Assembly (NCBI GenBank): GCA_010909165.1 | Contig: MU008164.1 | Coordinates: 806,001-870,000 of the forward strand | From: Anthoceros angustus | Taxonomy: Eukaryota > Plantae > Anthocerotophyta | DNA length: 64,000 nt | Direction: 5' to 3' | In this document: in pieces, positions 12,701 to 22,889 of the stretch | Layout: each line of letters starts with the position of its first letter | Position numbering within the stretch: position 1 is the stretch's first letter | Notes under the pieces: generated by a model | The model's database searches: none | Seen by the model: the letters and a program-made list of their open reading frames with translations, nothing else | What the model was told of the DNA's origin: nothing | Translations under genes and position numbers: made by a program

Positions 12701-13486
12701 CCACTTGTCGTAAACCAAATCTCTACCCATTCTGCATCCATCAACGGGCCATGGTTTTCTTGGTTAAACAAGCAGACAACCGCATCCAACAACCCCAACC
12801 CAAGCCAAAGGGTACTGTACCACACCTCGGGATCCGAGTGCTGAAGTAGCTTCCGAATTTTGCGTGCAAACACACTGAGCGATCAGCACACAGAAAGGCT
12901 AACTTTGAGTAATCCTCTGACAGAATCTGCAACCAGGAGGCACTCCCCTCTAAGACATTTCACAATGCTGAACCACCTAAAAGGACGACACTCTGCCAAC
13001 ACAAACCTTGAAGTTCACGATCTCCGAGGTCAAATGACGCTCGAACTTCATGGACAATTCGCTCAGCTCATATACTTTTACTTGTGGAGGATAAATGCCT
13101 GCATCCACACAAACCTCCAGGGTCAGCAGAACCCTGATCCAAACTCCGTGACATCGAGGTCCCAAACAGAATACGAACCTGATGCCACAAGAAACTGGCC
13201 ATCTGGAGTGGCCTTGATCCTAGTGGTTGCTGTGGTAAACTCCAGGTCCTGGACCAACTCAACTTTCTGGGTGCTGCCTGCCACACCAACGCGAAACACA
13301 TGAAGACTCGGGAGCTGAACCGTGGCAGCACCATAAGACAGGAGGAGAACATAACTGACCAGCAGCATTTCTGGACCGCGGATTTAGGGAGGGCAGAATG
13401 GACTTTTGCCCAGACACGGAGTATACTTTCACTCCATTGATCGCTGTCATCTTCATTCCCCCCGTTGGCTCCACAACAGCCGCCAT
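9754..13486 (-). CDS. NOL10: Nucleolar protein 10 / Enp2 (WD40 + NUC153 + RGG tail), multi-exon
   Basis: MAAVVEPTGGMKMTAINGVKVYSVSG..., VELVQDLEFTTATTRIKATPDGQFLVASG|IYPPQVKVYELSELSMKFERH, ILSEDYSKLAFLCADRSVCLHAKFG, LGPAPKWCSFLENLT, YEDFKFVTKEWLE, LHAYMHGYFMNYRLY, EDERF..MFQD and a C-terminal RG-rich tail, with GT-AG introns. Confidence 0.93.
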
Positions 13487-16134
13487 TTTGGCAGACCGCC
13501 AGGACGACTGCAACCTTCCTGGACTATTGCCTTCTCGCCCACAAACAATCCGAAGGAAGGTATGGCGTACCGATCGTATATTTTCGGTGGAATGTGTTTC
13601 GTTTCGTCGCAAAGTTTAGAAGTTCCCTTAACGGCGAGACGGTCACGGGACAAGTCTGCACATATATAGACGAGAGAAGAAGCAAAAGTATGTGAAGTCC
13701 ACTAAGGACGGAATTTCCGTCATAGGTTTGATAAACTCCGAGATACATAAAAAGCTTTCATGGTACTTAGTATTGTTAAAAAGATAATTTAAAAGGTGTT
13801 TGTGTAGGGTTCCGAAATTAAAGCTTAAATGCACATCTAGAGAAGTACCTATGTAATATTCTTTTTATAGTCTATTGAGGATTATAATAGAAGGAAAAAA
13901 AAAGTGTATATTCTATCTTGTTGGACTAGAGATAGGCATCATGAAGTCTTTAGCAAACATGCTTCTTGGGGCCTTTGAAGTAGCATCTTTGTTGTTGTGT
14001 CGCTCTTAGTATGAAGAGCGGCCAAGACAATGAATGTAATATGACTTTACAATAGCCTTGTTCCTTGGCACGCTGCCTTGTTACTATGTGTCATGTGTGC
14101 TAGAATCCTGCACAATATTTTTACCGTAATGTTGGTTGATTGCTGGGTGTTTCACTTGCCACGATCCTGATGTGTGTGTATGGTGTTTTGATGTCTCTCG
14201 AGACATCTGCCTGAACGGCTAACTAGCATATCCTTGTGAAGTGCAATGGTATTCCCTTGTGGTCAATCTAATTGTGCTATCTGTAATCGTAACCTGTCAT
14301 CAGTACAAGGAGTCTGGTCATTAACCAGCTGCAAAACAGCAAATAGGCAAAGCCTCGATAGTATTCACTTTTGTTCCTGGTCATGGGCATAGTCTGTAGA
14401 AGGACAGATGAGTGTGTATGCTCAACACTTTTGTTTCAGGGCATGCCATTGGGCATAGTTTGTAGCAAGACGGATGAGTGTGTATGTTTGCCCCATCTTA
14501 TGCCCCTATCTAGATATTTATTCATCTGTACCATATGTGATAGCAGTAACTATCGTTTGCTACAGGTGGCTCAAATAGTTGGCCACCGTTATAGAACGAG
14601 GAGTTTTCTAGTTGGGCCAATGTTGATCACCATTCATGAACACCAGAAAAAAAGGAAAAGGCGTGCAAATTCAAAATGTAAATGGCAAAGGAGATGGTAT
14701 CTGGAACTTGCACAAAAAACTTATCTTATACGAGGGATTATAGAACCTGAATTTCAAAAGACTCTAAAGCAAGGTACTGTATATTTCTAATCACATCTCC
14801 TTCACGCTTATTCGTTTGGAATTTTCGTAATAATGTATAGGCTCCGACGTTTGGTGAAAGGAGCTCAATCGCCTCTTGGGCATTTGCTTGGACTTCAATA
14901 AAGCTAGTGAGGCTTGCGACTTGCGAAAGAAAAGAAATGAGATTCACAACGAATACAAAAGAGATAAACAAAGGTGGAGATCTCGTGCGCATTGAATTAT
15001 CAAAGAATTGAGTTCCCTGGCAATAATTTGTGGTGGATAATGGTGGGCCCCATTTTTGTGTGCCTTACAGGTTCACAATCCCACCCATGCACAACGTACG
15101 ACAGTTCACGCTTGCTAGCATTGTATAGCTTGTTTGGTAGCATTAAGTTGTCGTTTAATGAGCAAAGGATTAAGTTGGTGCTTTTTGGGCCGCTGAGCAA
15201 AGGATTGAAAGCTTATATTGTTTATTTCAGAAGCCTCTTATGATTCAAAGAAATTGGAGTGAGAAATTGGAAAGCAAAATTGGAGTGAAGTCTTAACTCA
15301 GATTAAGATTAATGTAGTGATACACTTGAGGATGAGGATTTGTGTGTTGCATTATAAATGACGTTGTTGAGGATGATCCATTCTCACCACGATGTACTAG
15401 CCCTGCGCTAGATAAGCTCAACATATGCGACAAGATTGTCGAAGATTATTGTCGGTTCTATATGCGTCCTACGACATGTCTAATGGGCAGACCTTCCAAA
15501 AATATACTAGAGTAGAACTCCTCTAATTGCACCCCTCTCAATGAGAAACCCTCTAATTGAAACTCATGAGCTTACTCCTTTCAATGTACAATGGTATAAA
15601 TCGGAAACCCCTCTAATTTATAATTAAATATTTTGTCGCAAGCATTCATCACAGTTTACCCTTCTCTTATGAATTTTTTATTTTTTAATAAAAATATAAA
15701 AATGCCTGGGAACCCCTCTAAATGGGAGTTTTTTAAAGCTACTCCCAATTGTTCCCAATTAGAAGGCGTGGACGTGGACTCAATATGCCTCTTGTTCGCA
15801 AATTCTACTCCCTTAAATTAATCAAAAAATTAATACCTTATATCTAGAATGAAACATCCTTTGCTCTAAAATTACCCAGACTTGTGTGGAAACCATGTCC
15901 GACATCTGGGCATCTTAGATAAATGTGATGATGGAAAGAGCAGTGGGTGCTAGGATGGCTCCTCCTCCCACACTCCGCATACATGGATACAGCTGCCATT
16001 CTTCTCTCATCAATTTCTGAAAGAGGCAGCTGTCCTTGATGGCGTCTTATCGGCCTCCATGTATCACAAAGCTTTACGTACAGAGAGCCATGGCGGCGTG
16101 GCAGTAGAACTTGCAGTCATCAGACCCTAGGCTA

Positions 16135-19017
16135 TCAGTGCCGATCCCTACATGAGCAGCAGCCATCTTGAAATCGATGCACCCGATGTGCATCTCGCAC
16201 TATGATCTCTCGCTTCTCAAGACGGGACATGATCTTGGTGCTACTGTGACAGTCATTGCACATGCGCAGATTTTTGGTAACTAACAAAGTTGTGCCATCT
16301 GGTGTGTTCAACAGACCGTAGGCCAGGGCCAATTTCTCCGCATGCCCACACAAGGCATCCTCCTTTTCTTGCTCCGACATGGCCCTCAAAACCAACTCGG
16401 TTTGTGGCAAGTGCCCACCTTCTTTCAATCTCGTATTCACGCTCTGGAGTTTTGAGGAAATATCAGACCTCTTCTGCCCGACTGTGAACTCGTGCACCTC
16501 GTTCTTCACTTCAATGCAAGCCTTTGCAGGCTTCTTCACAGCACCTGCTGATTTCCTCATGCTTTCTATCCTGCTCACCTCGTCCCACCTGCTTGCGTTC
16601 GCATATATGTTCCCCAATAGCACATACCAACTTGCATCCTCTGCTTCCATGGCTACAAGATTGTCAAAGCATCGTCTTCCGCGTTCCACATCACTGTAGC
16701 TTCTACAAGCACTCAGCAAAGCTGTCCAGCCCACGACGTCATTCCCAAGCGCGGTGGTTCGCAGAACATCTTCAGCCGCATCCAGTTGGCCTGACCGGCT
16801 CAGGAGATCAACCAAGCAACTGTAGTGACGATCAGTTGGCACAATCCCATGGTCCTCCACCATGCTCCTGAAATACTCCTGGCCCTCATGGACCAGGCCT
16901 GCATGACTGCATGCCACAAAGAGACAAATGAAAGTCGTCTCATCTGGCTGGATACCTTGCTGAAGCATCTGCTCGAAACATGTGATTGCCATGGGGCCGT
17001 CACCATGTTCAGCGTACCCATTGAGCAGGGAGGTCCAAGTCACAAAATCTCTCGTAGGCAAACTGTCAAACACGTTGCGAGCATCCTCCAACCTCCCACA
17101 TTTTGCATACATGTCCACCAGGCAGTTACCAACTCTTGCATCAGCTTCAAGATCTCTTTCGCGAAGCTGGGCATGAATCTGCTTCCCCAGCTGCAGTGCT
17201 CCCACACTGGCGCAAGCCTGAAGTAGGCAGATGAATGTCACACGATCCACTGGAGTGTTGCCTTCAACCTGCATACTTGAAAAAAGAGACAACGCTTCTC
17301 TGCCCAGCCCCTGCTGAGTATATCCAGCAATCATGGCAGTACATGTCACCAAATTCTTCACCGGTAATCTGTCAAACACGTCCCGAGCATCCTCCAAGCT
17401 CCCACATTTTGAATACATGTCCACCAGGCAGCTGCCAATATAAGCGTCAGCTTCAAGGTTTCTTTCTCGAATCTGTGAGTGCAGCTGTTTTCCCTGCTGT
17501 AGTGCTCCCAAACTGGCACAGGCTTGAAGAAGGCATACGAATGTAACATGACCTGCGGGAGTCATGCCATCATCCTGCATACTTGCATACAGAGCCAGGG
17601 CTTCTTGCCCCAGCCCCTGCTGAGAATACCCTGCGATCATAGCATTCCAGGTCACCAAATCTCTCCTGGGCAACCGATCAAAAACATTGCGAGCAGCCTT
17701 CAGGTTCCCGCATTTCGCATACATGTTCACCAAGCAGTTACCGATGACTGCGTCAGCTTCAAATCCTCGCTCACGAATCTGCGAGTGAAGCTGTTTCCCC
17801 TGCTGAAGGTCCCCTAGGCTGGCACATGCTTGGAGAAGGCACACAAACGTAACATTATTCGGCGATATTAATCCATCATGCTGCATACGTTCATACAGGT
17901 TGAGAGCTTCTCTTGCAAGGCCTTGCTGACTGTATCCTCCTATGATGGCATTCCATGTCTCCACATTCCTGCTGGGCAAACCATCAAACACCTTTCTAGC
18001 ATCCTCCAAGCTACCGCATTTAGCATACATGTTCACCAGGCTGGTGGCAACAAAAGTGTCTGGCTTCCCAGCACTCGCCTGAATGTCAGCATGCACCTGC
18101 TTGCCAGAATCCAGGTCCTCAGCCGAGGCACACGCTGTCAGGGCTGCCACGAAGATATGGTTATCAGCCTTCACGCTTCCTTCTCGCATCTGTAGATAGA
18201 GCTTGACAGCCCTCTCAGGCTCTCCATGTCTGGCATGCGCAAAGATGATGGAGGACCACATGTACACATCGGGGATACTCACTTTGTTGAACACCTGCAC
18301 TGCATCCTCCAATTTGCCATGACCAGCATACATCCCAATAATCTGGCTGGCCAAGAATGCATTGGACTCGTACCCACACCTGACTGTCAGAGTATGAATT
18401 CTCCTACCACAAAAAATATCCTTCTGCACTATGCACCTCTTTAGGACCCGGTAGAAGAGACCAGCGGTCACATGGCATCCCCCGTGCACCAGGAAATCCA
18501 GCTTCTCAACAGCCTCACTCAGATCACTCTCCTCGCATGTCTGAAGTATTGCATTCTGTTCTTCGTCATTTCCCAGACTGCAAACCCGAGGGCCCCCCAT
18601 TCGAACATCCCAACTGGCCAGCTCCGAATCCACCCAAGCAGGCTTGTGGGAGCTGTTGAGCCACAGGGGCTCCTTGGAGGATTTGTGCCTGAAGTCAGGA
18701 TGCCGGGGGCTTCTTTTGTCAGCCCTGTTGTCCCACCAATCAGAGGGGTCGGAGAAGAAGTGTTCCCACAGTAGCTCCTGCCGCTCTTTCTGCCCCAATC
18801 CTTCACTGCCACAGGTACCAACAGCAACAGCAGGAGCAGCAGAACCAGAAGCAGAAGCTGGACAGAGGCCTAAGCTAGTTGCTTGTTTGCCTGGAAGGCC
18901 ATTGCTAGAACCACACCCGACATTCACCCAAGCAGGACTCTGCTGAGTAGAGGTCATGCTGGACGTCCAGTAGAGAGCAGAGGATGGCTGGGAAACGAGC
19001 TCCCTTTGCAATGCCAT
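16135..19017 (-). CDS. PLS-class PPR RNA-editing factor with N-terminal PDF motif and DYW:KP (DRH-ending) deaminase domain, 960 aa, intronless
   Basis: Architecture L-S-(P-L-S)x4-P2-L2-S2-E1-E2, then KKPAKACIEV..., CGHAEKLALAYG, KNLRMCNDCH and CSCRDRH*. The N-terminus contains WWDNR..K.SPRHPDFRHK...LWL. Confidence 0.95.
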   Translation of the reverse strand: MALQRELVSQPSSALYWTSSMTSTQQSPAWVNVGCGSSNGLPGKQATSLGLCPASASGSAAPAVAVGTCGSEGLGQKERQELLWEHFFSDPSDWWDNRADKRSPRHPDFRHKSSKEPLWLNSSHKPAWVDSELASWDVRMGGPRVCSLGNDEEQNAILQTCEESDLSEAVEKLDFLVHGGCHVTAGLFYRVLKRCIVQKDIFCGRRIHTLTVRCGYESNAFLASQIIGMYAGHGKLEDAVQVFNKVSIPDVYMWSSIIFAHARHGEPERAVKLYLQMREGSVKADNHIFVAALTACASAEDLDSGKQVHADIQASAGKPDTFVATSLVNMYAKCGSLEDARKVFDGLPSRNVETWNAIIGGYSQQGLAREALNLYERMQHDGLISPNNVTFVCLLQACASLGDLQQGKQLHSQIRERGFEADAVIGNCLVNMYAKCGNLKAARNVFDRLPRRDLVTWNAMIAGYSQQGLGQEALALYASMQDDGMTPAGHVTFVCLLQACASLGALQQGKQLHSQIRERNLEADAYIGSCLVDMYSKCGSLEDARDVFDRLPVKNLVTCTAMIAGYTQQGLGREALSLFSSMQVEGNTPVDRVTFICLLQACASVGALQLGKQIHAQLRERDLEADARVGNCLVDMYAKCGRLEDARNVFDSLPTRDFVTWTSLLNGYAEHGDGPMAITCFEQMLQQGIQPDETTFICLFVACSHAGLVHEGQEYFRSMVEDHGIVPTDRHYSCLVDLLSRSGQLDAAEDVLRTTALGNDVVGWTALLSACRSYSDVERGRRCFDNLVAMEAEDASWYVLLGNIYANASRWDEVSRIESMRKSAGAVKKPAKACIEVKNEVHEFTVGQKRSDISSKLQSVNTRLKEGGHLPQTELVLRAMSEQEKEDALCGHAEKLALAYGLLNTPDGTTLLVTKNLRMCNDCHSSTKIMSRLEKREIIVRDAHRVHRFQDGCCSCRDRH

Positions 19018-19105
19018 CGTGTGTTTTCACTTTCTTCAGTATTCTGGCTTCGACAGATTTTCTCGCTACTGACACACCGCATTCGCCAGAATTCTCGACG
19101 GTTTC

Positions 19106-22028
19106 ATGGCAATGCAGCTGGAGCTGCCATTGCTGCCACCAGCGCAGGATTTCTCATTTCCGGTTTCCGGCGCAGGAGTGATTCAGGCACGGTCTGCGTT
19201 CTTCCACACGCCCACCACTTTGAGGTCGGGGAAGCTGGGCCAGGTTTGGGCGAATTCCGGATGTGAGTTCCGCAATGGCCTACCAGGCAACAGGCCAGGA
19301 GGTTCAGGAGACTGCAATCAGCGGCCAGGGGGGGCAGCAGGCAACTGCAAAGGTGAAGGCATCAGTCAGAAAGAACGGCAGGAGCTCCTGTGGCAACATC
19401 TGTTTTCGGACCCTTCGGTATGGTGGGACAACAGGGTGGACAAGAAGAGCCCCCGGCATCCCGACTTCAGGCACAAGACCTCCAGGGAGCCGCTGTGGCT
19501 CGACAACACCCTTAAGCCAGCTTGGGTGGACTCGCAGCTGGCCAGGTGGGGTGTTGCGGTGACAGGGGGTGAGGAAGGAGAGGGAGGAGAGGCTTCGAAA
19601 TCGGAAGTGGAAGCCTTGAGGAAACGGTGCGAGGATGCGGTGCTGAGTGAGGCTGTTGAAGCCTTGGAGCTGCTGGTACAGCGGGGGTGTCATGTTACTG
19701 TTGCTGTATTGTACAGAGTCCTCAGGAGGTGCTTGGCGGATAAGGATCTTGGATGTGGTAGGCGTGTTCATGCTCTGGCTGTGGAATGTGGGTTCCAGTC
19801 CAATGCATATTTGGCCACACAGATCATCGGGATGTATGCTGCTCATGGCAAGTTGGAGGACGCAGTGCAGGTGTTCACCAAGGTGAGCAGGCCCGACCTC
19901 TACGTGTGGTCGTCCATTATCCTGGCGCATGCTCGGCTTGGACAGCCCTCGCAGGCTGTCAGCCTTTACAAGCAGATGCGAGCAGGGAGTGTGAAGCCGG
20001 ATAATAGGATTTTCGTGGCAGCCCTGAAGGCTTGTGCCGAGGCCGAGGACCTGGATTCTGGGAAACAGGTGCATGCTGATATCCCGGCAAGTGCTGTGAA
20101 GGGGGATGTGTTTGTTGCCACCAGCCTGGTGAACATGTATGCTAAATGTGGGAGCTTGGAGGAGGCTCGGAAAGTGTTTGACAGCCTACCCACGAGGAAC
20201 GTGGTGACATGGAATGCGATCATAGCAGGATATAGTCAGCAGGGTCTGGGAGGAGAAGCACTGGCATTGTATGAGAGTATGCGACGGGAAGGCATGGTGG
20301 TAGCAGATCATGTGACATTCGTTTCCCTTCTTCAAGCTTGTGCCAGTGTGCCATCGCTGAATCAGGGGAGGGCGATTCACTTACAGGTTCGTGGGAGAGG
20401 GTTGGAAGGCGATGCAGTCATTGGTAACTCCTTGGTGAATATGTATGCGAAATGTGGGAGCTTGGTGGATGCTCGGGAAGTCTTTGATCGGTTGCCCAGG
20501 AGAGATGTGGTGACATGGAATTCCATGATAGCAGGGTATACCCAGCAGGGACTCGGTAGAGAAGCCCTGGCTTTGTATGAAAGTATGCAGCTCGAGGGTG
20601 TAACCCCGGGTGACCATGTTACATTTTTGTGTCTCGTTCAAGCATGCACGAGTGTGGGAGCTCTGCAGCAGGGGAAGGAGATCCACTTACAGATTCGGGA
20701 AAGAGGTCTCGAACCTGATGTTCTCATTGGCAACTGCCTGGTCAGTATGTATGCTAAATGTGGGAGCTTGAAGGAGGCTCGGGAAGTCTTTGACAGTTTG
20801 ACCAGAAAAGATGTTGTGACGTGGAATTCCATGATCTCAGGATACTCTCAGCAGGGGCTTGGGCACGAAGCTCTGGCTTTGTATGCGTCTATGCAACATG
20901 AGGGCATTACACCTGCGAATCGTGTCACGTTTCTGTCCCTGCTTCAGGCATGTGCCTCAGCAGGAGCAGTGCAGCTTGGGAAGCAGCTTCACTTCCAGAT
21001 TCGGGATGGAGGACTTGAAGATGATGGGCAAGTTGGAAACGGCCTCGTGGACATGTATGCTAAGTGTGGGAGCTTGGAGGATGCTGTCGGAGTGTTTCAC
21101 AGTTTACCCAGAAGAGATGTGGTGACATGGACTGCCATGCTCAATGGGTATGCTGTACATAGCGACGGCCCGATGGCAATACAGTGCTTTGAAAAGATGC
21201 TGCAGCAAGGAATCATCCCAGATGAGACGACTTTTCTATGTCTCTTAGTGGCATGCAGTCATGCGGGCCTGGTGCAGGAGGGCCAGAGGTATTTCAGGAT
21301 GATGGAGAAATACGGGACTGTGCCCAATAACTATCACTACAGTTGCATGGTTGATCTCCTTGGCCGGTCAGGCCAACTAGACGAGGCTGAGAATATGTTG
21401 GAAAACGAGTCTGTTGTGAAGGACAGTGTGGCCTGGACAGCTCTACTGAGTGCCTGCAAGGGCTATGGCGATCTTGAGCGAGGAAGGCGATGCTTCGACC
21501 GACTTGTAGCATTGGATCCTAAAGATGCAAGCCCCTACGTCCTTTTGGGAACCATCTATGCAAGTGCGGGCAGGTGGGATGATGTGGACAGGGTTGAGAG
21601 TTTAAGGAAGGCAGCAGGTGCGCTGAAGAAGCCTGCAAAAGCATGCATTGAAGTAGATAGAGAAGTCCACGAGTTCACAGTAGGAGAAGATAGGACCGAC
21701 ATTTCGGCAACGCTGAGGAGCGTGAACATTAGGTTGAAGGAGGAAGGGGCCATGTGCCTCAAACAGAGCTTGTGTTGAAGCCTGTCTCTGAGCAGGAGAA
21801 GGAGGATGCTCTGTGCGGACATGCAGAAAGTTGGCTTTGGCATATGGTCTGCTGAACACACCGGACGGCACAACGTTGTTAGTCACCAAGAATCTGCAGA
21901 TGTGCAATGACTGCCATAGCAGCACAAAGGTCATGTCCCGTCTTGAGAGGCGAGAGATCGTTGTGAGAGACGGACATCGAGTTCATCGTTTTGTGGATGG
22001 CTCTTGCTCGTGCGGAGATCGGCATTAA
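19106..22028 (+). CDS. Paralogous PLS-PPR editing factor with PDF motif and DYW:KP (DRH) domain; two apparent 1-nt frameshifts in the DYW domain
   Basis: ORF 19106..21778 has the same motif architecture. The DYW domain continues (HAEKLA, CNDCH, CSCGDRH* at 22028) after indels at ~21750 (GGGG versus GGGGG in the copy at 27107) and ~21828 (cagaaag versus cagagaag). Confidence 0.9.
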
Positions 22029-22889
22029 CCCGGCGTGGTGTCTGGTGTCCTCGGATTTCCTTCAGAAAAGTCGTTGAAATGCTTGCATCGTGATGATGCT
22101 ATCCATGTCCTTGATGGAATTATTCTGAGAACTTGACCAACGGAAGATGCTCGCCTCGCGCTTCAATGAAGCCATTCCATACGGCAATCGGAGAAGGATG
22201 GAGACTGTGAGGGACCTGAACGGGGAGCAATAGGGCGCGACAAGGCCTTCGAGCAGGCAGTTTGCGCTCATGCCTGCACCGTCAGGGCGTCTAGGGCCTC
22301 ATCACGACCGCACAGGCTTACTCTTTCTTACTAAGAAACAAATGTGAAGTGACACAAATTTTAGTGATCTAAAACTCACTCAGGTTATGGCGGTGAGAAG
22401 CGGCATTAACCTATCAAACCAAAACCAGGCACAGCCGACCAACACGCTCGTGTGCGGGTGAGGACTTGGAAGCGCAAATGAGCTTGCACGGTAAGTAGAA
22501 TTTATTAGAACCGCTTTAATAATCGGATATTAAGAACACTTACCCGTCATGAAATTACACTCCCGGTGGTGTGCTTCTTCTCGGCCGACATCCTGATGGC
22601 TGATCGTGAAAGCTACAATCTCTTCTATAGAACATACCGCATCGCAGGTACATCCACATGCGGTCTTGTTGTGCCGTGCATGCACATGCTGAAAACTCGG
22701 CTTTGACATCCACCACAATCTGCGAATTTGCGATGACTAACTACCACAGAGCACATAGTTTTGGGAGGGGTTCATCGATGTCTGGATGGCTCTTGCTCTT
22801 GCGGAGATAGGCTTTAGACAGCATGCACAGGACATTCGAAGCTCAAATGCTACAACGGTGACAAGGTAAGCACAAGAATCAATATTGTA

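Noticed and set aside
14371-15243. Short ORFs in the AT-rich NOL10-PPR spacer, plus repeated 'ccctctaatt' words at ~15520-15720
   Set aside because: Possibly TE debris, but no terminal repeats, TSD or protein motif could be established.
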